A stretch of 64,000 nt of DNA from Longimicrobiales bacterium (lineage in GTDB: Bacteria; Gemmatimonadota; Gemmatimonadetes; Longimicrobiales; Gaopeijiaceae), in NCBI GenBank assembly GCA_041690395.1, contig JAWLHJ010000003.1, positions 64,001 through 128,000 on the forward strand, read 5' to 3'. Below, piece by piece: positions 25,359-34,649 of the stretch. Every line of letters begins with the position of its first letter. Positions within the stretch are counted from its first letter, which is position 1. Both the position numbers and the translations under genes were made by a program. The notes beneath the pieces were generated by a model. It did no database searches and was not told the DNA's origin. It worked only from the letters and a program-made list of their open reading frames with translations.

Positions 25359-26997
25359 GCCCCGCGGGAGAGACGCGACGCTCCAGCGACCCGAGGATCG
25401 CGTCCACCAGAAGGGCCATGATGGCCGCCGGTATGGCGCCGGACAGGATCATCCAGGTGTCGGACAGGGCCAGCCCGGCGACGATGGGATCCCCGAGACC
25501 CCCGGCGCCGATGAACGCTGCGAGGGTCGCCGTGCCGACGTTGATGACGGCGGCCGTGCGCACGCCGGCCATGATGACCGGGGCGGCCAGTGGCAGGCGG
25601 ACGTGGCGCAGAAGCTGCCCTTCCGTCATCCCGAGCGCACGCGCCGAGCCCACCGCGGCCGGGTCGGCGTCGCGCACGCCGGTGTAGGTGTTTCGCACCA
25701 TGGGGAAGAGGGAGTACAGGAACAGCGCCGTGACGGCCGGCAGGACCCCGATGCCGAGCCAGGGGATCATGAACGCCAGCAGCGCGATGCTGGGGATCGT
25801 CTGCAGCGTGCCCACCCCGCGGATGACGCCCTCCGCCACGTCCCGGTGGCGCTCCAGGAACAGGCCGGTGGGTACCGCCACCACGAGGCCGGCGAACAGC
25901 GAGAGCCCGACGAGCAGGAAGTGCCGACGGGTCTCGGCGAGGGTGCTCCCCCTCCGGGCCCACAGGTAGCCCACGAACGATCGGTCGCGCCCGACCGAGG
26001 GCCCAGACGTGGCGCCCGACGCAACCCCGTCCACCAGCCCGATGTCTCGCAGCAGGTCGGCGGCGACGGTCGCGACCGGGACTCCGTCGAGCTCGACGCG
26101 GCGGTTGGCCGCACGCATGTCGGTGACCTCGATCCGACCGGAGAGCTCCGTGAGGGCGGCGATGGCCTCGGGGCGCTCACGCGCGAGCTCGGGACCGACC
26201 AGCGGGGCGGCGTCGTAGGGCGGGAAGAAGTCCCGGTCGTCCTCGAGCACCGTGAGACCGTACCGCGCGATGCCCCCATCGGTGGAGTACCCGTCGATCA
26301 CGTCCACCTCGCCCCCGACGAGGGCCTGGTACTTCACGGCCTGGAGGAGCGGACGGACCGAGCCGAACGACAGTCCGTAGGCCTCGCCGAGACCTTCCAG
26401 TCCGTCCGGCCGGCCGATGAAGTCGGGGCTGAGCCCGGCCACCATCGTCGAAGACACCTCCGCGAGGTCGGAGAGCGTCCGCAGCCCGAGCGAGTCGGCC
26501 GTCTCGGGTCGCACGGCGATGGCGTACGTGTTCTCGAAGCCGAGCGGGGGAAGCCATCGCACGCCCCAGCGCTCCGCGAAGGCTCTCGCCACGGTGCGGT
26601 AGGCCTCGCCTCCGTCGGTGGGCGGCTCCGCGCCGAGGATCGCAGTGAGCCCCGTGCCGGTGTACTCGGGGTAGACGTCGATCTCCCCGCTCCGGAGGGC
26701 GCCGAACGCGATCTCGGTGGCGCCCAGACCCGGCCTGCGCGTGACCGGCACGCCGCGGGCCTCCAGGAGCTGCGCGAAGATCTCTCCGAGGAGGTACGAC
26801 TCCGCGAACGGCTTGGTCGCGACCACGACGGCGCGCCCGACGTCCTCGCTCGCGACTTGTCCCCCCGGGGCGTCGGCACCCTGGGCCGCGAGGCCGCTCC
26901 CCCATCCGGACAGGGCCACGAGCGCGACACTCAGCCCTCCGAGTCGGAGCCCCGCCGAGGGGAGGGATGCGGGCCGTCCCGCCCATGTGCGCCTCAT
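25321..26997 (-). CDS. Fused substrate-binding + permease subunit of an OpuB/EgtU-type quaternary-amine ABC importer
   Basis: KPFAES, DVYPEYTGT, GFENTYAIAV, F..RPDG, DGYSTDG, DDRDFFPPY; C-terminal permease QTIPSIALL, EAA-like SARALGMT, IGAGGLG. Confidence 0.9.
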   Translation of the reverse strand: MRRTWAGRPASLPSAGLRLGGLSVALVALSGWGSGLAAQGADAPGGQVASEDVGRAVVVATKPFAESYLLGEIFAQLLEARGVPVTRRPGLGATEIAFGALRSGEIDVYPEYTGTGLTAILGAEPPTDGGEAYRTVARAFAERWGVRWLPPLGFENTYAIAVRPETADSLGLRTLSDLAEVSSTMVAGLSPDFIGRPDGLEGLGEAYGLSFGSVRPLLQAVKYQALVGGEVDVIDGYSTDGGIARYGLTVLEDDRDFFPPYDAAPLVGPELARERPEAIAALTELSGRIEVTDMRAANRRVELDGVPVATVAADLLRDIGLVDGVASGATSGPSVGRDRSFVGYLWARRGSTLAETRRHFLLVGLSLFAGLVVAVPTGLFLERHRDVAEGVIRGVGTLQTIPSIALLAFMIPWLGIGVLPAVTALFLYSLFPMVRNTYTGVRDADPAAVGSARALGMTEGQLLRHVRLPLAAPVIMAGVRTAAVINVGTATLAAFIGAGGLGDPIVAGLALSDTWMILSGAIPAAIMALLVDAILGSLERRVSPAGLSPEEGSSRGAR

Positions 26998-27758
26998 CGG
27001 ACCCGGGCCCGCGTGAGGAGCTCGTCGACGTAGGGCGTCTCCGGGCTGGCGAGGAGCGCCTCAGGAGGGCCGACCTGCTCCACGCGCCCCGCGCGCATCA
27101 CGGCCACCCGGTCGGCGAGCCGGAACGCCTCGTGCAGATCGTGCGTGACGAGCAGCGCGGTCAGGTCGAGCTCGGTCCGAAGCGCCGCGAACGTGTCCTG
27201 CACATCGGCCCGGGTGAGTGCGTCCAGGGCGCCGAACGGCTCGTCGAGGAGGAGGACGTCCGGGTCCGCGGCGAGCGCCCTGGCCAGAGCGGCGCGCTGA
27301 CGCTGTCCGCCGGAGAGCTGGCGCGGGTACCGCCCCGCGAAATCGTCCGGCGGGAGCCCGACGAGCTCGAGGCGGGCCCGCGCCCGTTCCATTGCGTCGG
27401 ACTGGTCGCGCAGCCAGGGAACCAGCGTGACGTTCCTGAGGATCGTCCAGTGCGGGAGGAGCCCGCCGTCCTGTTGGACGTATCCGAGCGACCGCCGGAG
27501 CGCCACGGCGTCCAGGGTCGCCACGTCACGTCCTCCGACCGAGACGGTGCCGGAGTCGGGCTCCACCATGCGGTTGAAGCAGCGGAGCAGGGTGGTCTTG
27601 CCCGAACCACTCTCACCGACCAACGCCACGATGGCACCCGCGGGAACCTCGAGGGACGCCTCGTCCAGCGCGCGGACCGCGGTCCCGTACGTCTTGACGA
27701 CGCCCGCCGCCCGGAGTGCCGGAGCGCGGTCGTCGTGCGGTCGGGGGCTACGGTCCAA
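26994..27758 (-). CDS. ABC ATP-binding subunit (OpuBA/ProV/EgtV-like)
   Basis: GESGSGKT, RYPRQLSGGQRQR, LLDEPFGALD, VTHDLHEA; TTG start at 27758 with GGAG inferred. Confidence 0.9.
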   Translation of the reverse strand: MDRSPRPHDDRAPALRAAGVVKTYGTAVRALDEASLEVPAGAIVALVGESGSGKTTLLRCFNRMVEPDSGTVSVGGRDVATLDAVALRRSLGYVQQDGGLLPHWTILRNVTLVPWLRDQSDAMERARARLELVGLPPDDFAGRYPRQLSGGQRQRAALARALAADPDVLLLDEPFGALDALTRADVQDTFAALRTELDLTALLVTHDLHEAFRLADRVAVMRAGRVEQVGPPEALLASPETPYVDELLTRARVR

Positions 27759-27887
27759 GCGGAGACTCCGGGAACCGGGGAGACGGCGGGCGGATTCGCC
27801 CTGTCGCCGAGCGCCCGCTCGACGCTCGAGCGAGCGGCCTCTTAGGTTATCCTGTCGCCCCACGCACTTCCATCCCGCGGACCCGCC

Positions 27888-28844
27888 TTGATCGACCCCG
27901 TCATGCTCCAGGACGTCCTCGAAGGCCTGGAACAGCCGCAGAAGGAGCTTTCTCCGAAGTACTTCTACGACGCCACCGGATCGGCGCTCTTCGAGCGGAT
28001 CACGGAGCTCGAGGAGTACTATCCCACCCGCGCGGAACGCGCGCTCCTCGAGGGACGCGCCACGGAGTGGGTGCGGGAGCTTCGCCCCGGCTCCCTGGTG
28101 GAGCTGGGTGCCGGAAGCGCGGAGAAGTCGCGCGTGGTCCTTTCCGCGATGGAGGACGCCGCCACCGGGAATGTGTACGTGCCCGTGGACGTCAGCGGCG
28201 AGTTCCTGCACGAGACCGCGCGGAAGCTGCGCGCCGAGTACGAGGACTTCCGTGTCGAGCCGGCGGTGGTCGACATCTCCGAGCCGTTCGATCTGCCGAG
28301 CGACCTGCCGGGACCCACCTGGATCGCGCTGCTGGGGAGCACCATCGGGAACTTCCAGCCGACCGACGCCGTGAGGCTCCTGAAGCGGGTGCGGGGCCAC
28401 CTCGGCCCGGACGACCGTTTCCTCCTGGGCGTCGACCGGCGGCCGGGGCCCGGGAAGAGCGTGGAGCGCCTCGAACGGGCGTACAACGACGAGTCCGGGG
28501 TGACCGCCGCGTTCAACCTGAACGTTCTGCGGGTGCTGAACCGCGAGCTCGGCGCCGACTTCGACCTCGACGCCTTCGAGCATCGCGCGGTCTACGAGCC
28601 CACCCATCACCGGATCGAGATGCACCTCGTCGCACAGCGTCCCCAGGAGGTCGCGATCGGGGAGGCGCGCGTAACCTTCGAGGCGGGCGAATCCCTCCGC
28701 ACGGAGCTGAGCTGCAAGCACGACCGGGAGTCGGTGGACTCCATGCTCGAGGCCGCGGATATGGAGGTCGAGCGATGGGCTGAAGACGCCGACGGCACGT
28801 TCGCGTTGCTGTTGGCCGCTCCGGTGGAGCCTTCGTCGCGCTGA
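27888..28844 (+). CDS. egtD: L-histidine N-alpha-methyltransferase (hercynine synthesis)
   Basis: PKYFYD..GS.LFE.IT.LEEYYPTR, ELGAGSAEK, GSTIGN, AYNDESGVTAAFNLN, RIEMHL, TELSCK. Confidence 0.93.
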   Translation: MIDPVMLQDVLEGLEQPQKELSPKYFYDATGSALFERITELEEYYPTRAERALLEGRATEWVRELRPGSLVELGAGSAEKSRVVLSAMEDAATGNVYVPVDVSGEFLHETARKLRAEYEDFRVEPAVVDISEPFDLPSDLPGPTWIALLGSTIGNFQPTDAVRLLKRVRGHLGPDDRFLLGVDRRPGPGKSVERLERAYNDESGVTAAFNLNVLRVLNRELGADFDLDAFEHRAVYEPTHHRIEMHLVAQRPQEVAIGEARVTFEAGESLRTELSCKHDRESVDSMLEAADMEVERWAEDADGTFALLLAAPVEPSSR

Positions 28845-28901
28845 CCCGGCGCTCGAGGGCAAGTCCTGCCCGAGGGCCCGACCGCGGCTCTTCAGCCGCC
28901 C

Positions 28902-29456
28902 CTACATCTTGGGGAGCGTCACTCCGACCTGCTTCATGTACTTGCCCTTGCGGTCCACGTACGCGATCTCCGGCTCCTCGTCGCCCTCGAAGAAGAGCAG
29001 CTGTGCGATGCCCTCACCCCCGTACACCTTGGCGGGCAGGGGCGTCGTGTTCGAGATCTCCAGCGTCAGGTATCCCTCCCACGTCGGCTCCAGCGGCGTG
29101 ACGTTCACGATCAGGCCGCAACGGGCGTAGGTCGACTTGCCGACGCACACCACCAGGACGTCGCGCGGAATCCGGAAGTACTCCTCGGTGCGGGCCAGCG
29201 CGAATGAGTTCGGCGGAATGATGCACTCCGGGCCGTGCACGTCCACGAACGACCGGTCGTCGAAGTTCTTCGGGTCGACGATGGCGTTGTGCACGTTCGT
29301 GAAGACCTTGAACTCCGGCGCCACGCGAATGTCGTAGCCGTAGGACGAGAGGCCGTAGGAGATCACCCCGTCGCGAACCTGGCCGGACTCGAAGGGCTCG
29401 ATCATCCCCGCCGTCTCGCACATGCGGCGAATCCACTTGTCACTCTTGATGGGCAT
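28902..29456 (-). CDS. dcd: dCTP deaminase
   Basis: [46 protein letters not shown]. Confidence 0.97.
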   Translation of the reverse strand: MPIKSDKWIRRMCETAGMIEPFESGQVRDGVISYGLSSYGYDIRVAPEFKVFTNVHNAIVDPKNFDDRSFVDVHGPECIIPPNSFALARTEEYFRIPRDVLVVCVGKSTYARCGLIVNVTPLEPTWEGYLTLEISNTTPLPAKVYGGEGIAQLLFFEGDEEPEIAYVDRKGKYMKQVGVTLPKM

Positions 29457-29603
29457 GGGACGGGGCGCTCCGGTGTCTCGTATGGGTGCGTCGGAGGCTC
29501 TTCAGCGAGCGCTCCGGCGTCAGGTCGGGCCGCCCAAGATATCCTCGATCGCGAACCAGGGGCAAACCCGGCCAAAAACGGGAAAAATCCGCCTCTCGTG
29601 CGG

Positions 29604-29633
29604 TTGACACCCCATCGCGGCGACGGGTACCTT
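29604..29633 (+). promoter_or_regulatory. sigma70-type promoter of the nuo operon
   Basis: TTGACA-18 bp-TACCTT. Confidence 0.7.
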
Positions 29634-29650
29634 CCTCCCGTCACACGGCT

Positions 29651-29668
29651 TCGTGAACGATTTCACAA
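29651..29668. promoter_or_regulatory. Rex-type operator
   Basis: TCGTGAA-CGAT-TTCACAA versus Rex consensus TTGTGAA-N4-TTCACAA (one mismatch), between the promoter and nuoA. Confidence 0.7.
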
Positions 29669-29682
29669 ACCCACGCGACCCC

Positions 29683-30039
29683 ATGTCGGGAGCATATCTC
29701 CCTCTCTTGCTTCTGTTCGGCGTCTCGGTGCTGAACGCCATCGGGATGGTCGTCACTTCGCACCTCCTGAATCCGCGCCGCGATACGCCCCAGAAGCTCA
29801 TGCCGTACGAGTCCGGCATGATCCCGCTCGGGACCACGCGGGCCCGCTTCTCCGTCAAGTTCTACATGGTGGCGATCAGCTTCATCGTTTTCGACCTGGA
29901 GACGATCTTCCTGATCCCCTGGGCGGTGCAGATGAGGGAGCTCGGTTGGGGTCCGTTCGTCGCGATGAGCCTCTTCGTGACGGTACTCGCCGTGGGACTT
30001 CTCTATGAATGGAAGAAGGGAGGTCTCGAATGGGACTGA
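29683..30039 (+). CDS. nuoA: NADH-quinone oxidoreductase subunit A
   Basis: [35 protein letters not shown]; alternative start GTG 29653. Confidence 0.96.
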   Translation: MSGAYLPLLLLFGVSVLNAIGMVVTSHLLNPRRDTPQKLMPYESGMIPLGTTRARFSVKFYMVAISFIVFDLETIFLIPWAVQMRELGWGPFVAMSLFVTVLAVGLLYEWKKGGLEWD

Positions 30040-30731
30040 AAGACAAGCTGCCCGGGGTCGGGCCGGCTCCGACCTCCGGCGGAATATTCGGTGATGGCAG
30101 CCCGACGTTCCTGACCAGCAAGATCGACGCGATCGTGAACTGGGGGCGTCTCAACTCTCTGTGGCCCATGCCGTTCGGGACCGCGTGCTGCGCCATCGAG
30201 ATGATGGCGTCCGCGGCGTCCAACTACGACATCGCTCGCTTCGGCATGGAGCGCATGTCGTTCAGCCCGCGCCAGGCCGACGTGCTGATCTGCGCAGGCC
30301 GGGTGCCGTACAAGCTGGCTCCGGTGCTTCGCCGGATCTGGGACCAGATGCCCCAGCCCAAGTGGTGCATCTCGATGGGCGCCTGCGCGAGCTCCGGCGG
30401 CGTCTTCGACGTCTACTCGATGGTGCAGGGCATCGACACCATCGTCCCGGTGGACGTCTACATCCCGGGATGTCCCCCGCGTCCCGAGGGACTCATCTAC
30501 GGACTCATGATGGTCCAGGAGAAGATCCGGCAGGAGTCGCTCTCGAAGCACTTCGAGCATCGTGCCGAGGACGCGCTCCGGGTCGCTCAGCCCAGGGCGA
30601 ACCAGGAAGAGATCGTCGGGCTCACCGGACCGTTCGGGAACTCGACGCGTCAGGAGCGCCTGTCCAGCGGGCAGGTGCCGCGCGGAGAGACGCCCGAGGG
30701 CAAGCCTCGCCGGAACCCCATCTATGACTGA
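30030..30731 (+). CDS. nuoB: NADH-quinone oxidoreductase subunit B
   Basis: [32 protein letters not shown]. Confidence 0.97.
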   Translation: MGLKDKLPGVGPAPTSGGIFGDGSPTFLTSKIDAIVNWGRLNSLWPMPFGTACCAIEMMASAASNYDIARFGMERMSFSPRQADVLICAGRVPYKLAPVLRRIWDQMPQPKWCISMGACASSGGVFDVYSMVQGIDTIVPVDVYIPGCPPRPEGLIYGLMMVQEKIRQESLSKHFEHRAEDALRVAQPRANQEEIVGLTGPFGNSTRQERLSSGQVPRGETPEGKPRRNPIYD

Positions 30732-31422
30732 GCAGAAGATCAGCGCGTTCGACGCGATCGAAGACGGCCCCGCGCCGTCCGATCCGGTCCGCGCGCCAGC
30801 TCCGCGCTTCCCGGCGGCCGAGAGCGACCATCCGTCGATCGTGGCGCTCGGACGCGAGTTCGGTGACGCCATCCTCGGACAGCGTGAGACCGCGGGTGAC
30901 CAGCACGTGGTCTGGATCGATCCGGCCCGGAACCTCGACGTGCTGGGCTGGCTCAAGGACGACCCGGACCAGGCGTACGACATGATGTCCGACGTGACCG
31001 GGGTGGATTACGGGAACGGTCGCCCCGTCGAGGTCGTCTACCAGATGTACTCGACCCGGCACAAGCGGGCGCTTCGCGTACGCGCCCCGCTGCCGGTCGA
31101 CGCGCTCCGGATCCACTCGGTGGCGCCGCTCTGGCAGGCCGCGGATTGGCTCGAGCGAGAGGTGTACGACATGTTCGGCGTCACGTTCGAGGGACACCCG
31201 AACCTCATTCGGATCCTCATGCCGCTCGACTACGACGAGGGGCATCCGCTGCGCAAGGACTTCCCGCTGCGTGGACGGTACTCGCGCGCGGAGCAGACCC
31301 GGCGCGCGCTCAACCAGGACGTGGACCGCTTCTACTCGGAAGAGGTGCTCGCCCAGGGCCGAGAGCCGCAGGAGGCCGAGGCCGAGATCGGAACCCGGGG
31401 CGCGCCCGAGGGAGACGTCTGA
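30724..31422 (+). CDS. nuoC: NADH-quinone oxidoreductase subunit C
   Basis: [36 protein letters not shown]. Confidence 0.96.
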   Translation: MTEQKISAFDAIEDGPAPSDPVRAPAPRFPAAESDHPSIVALGREFGDAILGQRETAGDQHVVWIDPARNLDVLGWLKDDPDQAYDMMSDVTGVDYGNGRPVEVVYQMYSTRHKRALRVRAPLPVDALRIHSVAPLWQAADWLEREVYDMFGVTFEGHPNLIRILMPLDYDEGHPLRKDFPLRGRYSRAEQTRRALNQDVDRFYSEEVLAQGREPQEAEAEIGTRGAPEGDV

Positions 31423-32702
31423 TGGCCCAGAAGACCGTGGAGATCCCCGTCGGCCGGAGCCCCGAGATGGGCGTCGACGGCCGTCCCGTGCGGAGCCCGC
31501 TCCAGCCGTTCGACATCCCGGAGCCGCAGCTCGGCACGGAGCGCATGCTCATCAACATCGGGCCTCAGCATCCGGCCACGCACGGCGTGCTCCGGTTGGT
31601 CTGCGAGCTCGACGGTGAGACCGTGACGCGCGTGGTGCCCGACATCGGGTACCTGCACTCGTCGTTCGAGAAGCTCGGCGAGTACCGGACCTGGAACCAG
31701 ATCGTCCCGCTGACCGACCGCATGGACTACCTCGCGCCGCTGATCTACAACTGCGCGTACGTCATGTCGGTCGAGAAGCTGATGGGCATCGAGGTGACCG
31801 AGCGGTGCAAGGTCGTGCGGGTCATCCTCATGGAGATGGACCGGATCTTCGGCCACCTCCTCTGGCTCGGCACGACGGCCATCGACGTGGGCGCGTTCAC
31901 GCCGTTCCTCTACGCGTTCCAGGAGCGGGAGAAGATCTACCAGCTCCACGAGACGCTGACGGGCGCGCGCATCACGACGTCCGCGACCCGGGTGGGCGGC
32001 ATGATGGCCGACCTCCCCGAGGGATGGACCGACCAGCTGCGCGCCTTCCTGCGCAACTTCCCGAACACGCTCGGCGAGATCGACCGGCTCCTGACCCGGA
32101 ACCAGATCCATATCGGCCGTACCCAGGGCGTGGGCGCCATCAGCGCCGCCGACGCCATCAACTACGGCTTCACCGGACCGAATCTGCGTGCCACGGGCGT
32201 CGACTACGACGTACGCAAGGACCGGCCGTACTACGACTACGAGACGTACGACTTCGAGGTCCCGGTGGGGCAGCACGGCGACTGTTACGACCGGTACCTG
32301 TGCCGCATGGAGGAGATGCGCCAGAGCGTACGCATCCTGCATCAGGCGATGGATCGCCTGCCCGGCGGCCCGATCAACGTGGAAGACCCGAACATATCGT
32401 TGCCCTCCAAGACGGACTGCATGTCCGACATGGAGAGCATGATCCACCACTTCAAGCTGATCACCGAGGGGATTCCGGCGCCCGAGGGCGACTGCTACAT
32501 GGCCGTCGAGGGCTCGAAGGGCGAGCTCGGCATGTACGTCGTTGCCGAGGAAGGCGGCACCAAGCCCGTCCGCTGGCGCGTGCGTCCGCCCTCGTTCGTG
32601 AACCTCTCCGTGATTCCCAAGCTGGCCGAAGGACATCTCGTGGCCGACCTGATCATGATCAACGCGAGCCTCGACATCGTCCTGGGGGAGATCGACCGAT
32701 GA
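31422..32702 (+). CDS. nuoD: NADH-quinone oxidoreductase subunit D
   Basis: NIGPQHPATHGVLR, GYLH, DRMDY, GDCYDR, KGELG, DIVLGEIDR. Confidence 0.97.
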   Translation: MAQKTVEIPVGRSPEMGVDGRPVRSPLQPFDIPEPQLGTERMLINIGPQHPATHGVLRLVCELDGETVTRVVPDIGYLHSSFEKLGEYRTWNQIVPLTDRMDYLAPLIYNCAYVMSVEKLMGIEVTERCKVVRVILMEMDRIFGHLLWLGTTAIDVGAFTPFLYAFQEREKIYQLHETLTGARITTSATRVGGMMADLPEGWTDQLRAFLRNFPNTLGEIDRLLTRNQIHIGRTQGVGAISAADAINYGFTGPNLRATGVDYDVRKDRPYYDYETYDFEVPVGQHGDCYDRYLCRMEEMRQSVRILHQAMDRLPGGPINVEDPNISLPSKTDCMSDMESMIHHFKLITEGIPAPEGDCYMAVEGSKGELGMYVVAEEGGTKPVRWRVRPPSFVNLSVIPKLAEGHLVADLIMINASLDIVLGEIDR

Positions 32703-33355
32703 GCGACGTTCCCTTCAAGAACCCGGGCTGGGCCGGCAACACCGGCGAGTTCGAGCTCAGCGAGGACCAGGTTCGCGGCAAGGACTTCGTGGGCGAGCGG
32801 CCGAAGCACGCGGGACACGCGTCCGGCTCCGCCACCATGCCCTACATGCTTCCGGAGAAGAATCCGGACGCGCCGCTCTTCGAGGGTGAGTATCAGGAGC
32901 GCTTCGAGAAGATCCTGACCCGCTATCCGGACAAGCGCGCTGCGCTGCTTCCGGCGCTCGGGCTCGCCCAGGAGCTCAGGGGTTACGTGAGTCCGGAGTC
33001 GATGGATCGCGTGGCGGAGCTGCTCGACCTCTCGCCCGCATACGTCCGTGGTGTGGCCACCTTCTACACCATGTACAACAAGCGGCCCGTCGGCCGCTAT
33101 CTCGTGCAGGTCTGCACCAACATCTCCTGCAACCTGTGCGGCGCCGACGAGGTCTTCGACGCGTTCCTGTCCCAGACGGACACGGAGGCGGGAGAGACGT
33201 CGTCGGACGGGAACTTCACCGTCATCGAGGCCGAGTGCCTCGCCGGGTGCGGCTTCCCCACCTGCGTGCAGATCAACTCCGAGTACTTCGAGAACGTCAC
33301 GCCCGACGAGGTTCCGAAGATCCTGGAGCACCTCAAGAGCCGGAAAACCGGTTGA
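32699..33355 (+). CDS. nuoE: NADH-quinone oxidoreductase subunit E
   Basis: VATFYTMY, VCTNISC, ECLAGC (2Fe-2S N1a). Confidence 0.95.
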   Translation: MSDVPFKNPGWAGNTGEFELSEDQVRGKDFVGERPKHAGHASGSATMPYMLPEKNPDAPLFEGEYQERFEKILTRYPDKRAALLPALGLAQELRGYVSPESMDRVAELLDLSPAYVRGVATFYTMYNKRPVGRYLVQVCTNISCNLCGADEVFDAFLSQTDTEAGETSSDGNFTVIEAECLAGCGFPTCVQINSEYFENVTPDEVPKILEHLKSRKTG

Positions 33356-33356
33356 C

Positions 33357-34649
33357 ATGGCCTATCCCTACGTGTCGGACCGCGAGGTCCGCGTTCTCAG
33401 CAAGCACTTCGGCGATCCCATGCAGCGCCGTATCGACACCTATGTCGAGCGGGGCGGCTACGGCGCGCTGAAGAAGGCGCTCGGCATGGCGCCGGGCGAA
33501 GTGGTCGACGTCGTGAAGGCGTCGGGACTCCGTGGCCGGGGTGGCGCGGGCTTCCCCACGGGCGTGAAGTGGTCTTTCATGCCGAAGGACACAGGCAAGC
33601 CCCACTATCTCATCTGCAACGCGGACGAGTCCGAGCCCGGAACCTTCAAGGACCGCGAGCTCATCCGCTGGGACCCGCACCAGCTCATCGAGGGGTGCCT
33701 GATCGGGGCCCACGCCATCGGCGCGCAGCACGTCTACATCTACTGCCGGGGCGAGTTCTTCGAGACCACGCAGGTTCTGGCGAAGGCGCTCGAGGACGCT
33801 TACGCGAAGGGTTATGTCGGGAAGGACGTCCTCGGCTCCGGCAAGGACATAGACGTCACCGTCCACCTGGGCGCGGGTGCCTACATCTGCGGCGAGGAGA
33901 CGGGGCTCATGAACTCGCTGGAGGGTCGTCGTGGCCAGCCGCGCGTGAAGCCTCCGTTCCCGGCCGCTGTGGGGGCGTTCGGCATGCCGTCGACCATCAA
34001 CAACGTCGAGACACTCTCCGCCATTCCGCACATCGTGACGAACGGCGGGGACTGGTACCGGCAGTGGGGCAGCGAGAAGAGCCCGGGCACCAAGCTCTTC
34101 TGCGTGAGCGGCCACGTGAACAAGCCGGGCAACTACGAGCTGCCCCTCGGCTTTCCGCTCATCGAGCTGATCGAGGACGTCTGCGGCGGCATGCGTGACG
34201 GGAACGCCCTGAAAGCGGTGATCCCCGGCGGATCCTCCGTGCCGATCATCAATGCCGAGGAGACACGTGCCTGCATGCTCGACTACGAAGGGTGCGTGGC
34301 CGTGGGCACGATGCTGGGGTGCGCCTCCGTCATCGTCATGGACGAGACCACGGACATCGTGAAGCAGGTCCGGCGCATGGTCGACTTCTACGCCCACGAG
34401 TCGTGCGGGCAGTGCACGCCGTGCCGCGAAGGCTCCGCCTGGACCGGAAAGATGATGAAGCGCATCGAGGACGGACGGGGGACCGAGGAGGATCTCGACA
34501 CCCTGATGGAGGTCACGCAGCAGATGGTCGGAACGACGATCTGCGTGCTCTCCGACTCGGTCGCGGCGCCGGTGCAGTCTTCCATCAAGAAATTCAGAGA
34601 CGAGTACCTCGCCCTGATTCGTCGGGGTGAGCGCGTGGGAGCGGCCTGA
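33357..34649 (+). CDS. nuoF: NADH-quinone oxidoreductase subunit F
   Basis: GLRGRGGAGFP, NADESEPGTFKD, GAYICGEET, ESCGQCTPCREG, TIC. Confidence 0.98.
   Translation: MAYPYVSDREVRVLSKHFGDPMQRRIDTYVERGGYGALKKALGMAPGEVVDVVKASGLRGRGGAGFPTGVKWSFMPKDTGKPHYLICNADESEPGTFKDRELIRWDPHQLIEGCLIGAHAIGAQHVYIYCRGEFFETTQVLAKALEDAYAKGYVGKDVLGSGKDIDVTVHLGAGAYICGEETGLMNSLEGRRGQPRVKPPFPAAVGAFGMPSTINNVETLSAIPHIVTNGGDWYRQWGSEKSPGTKLFCVSGHVNKPGNYELPLGFPLIELIEDVCGGMRDGNALKAVIPGGSSVPIINAEETRACMLDYEGCVAVGTMLGCASVIVMDETTDIVKQVRRMVDFYAHESCGQCTPCREGSAWTGKMMKRIEDGRGTEEDLDTLMEVTQQMVGTTICVLSDSVAAPVQSSIKKFRDEYLALIRRGERVGAA

Noticed and set aside
26994..28862. 622-aa fusion ORF joining the ABC ATPase to an upstream domain
   Set aside because: The upstream part is simply the antisense of egtD; the ATPase domain begins near 27758.
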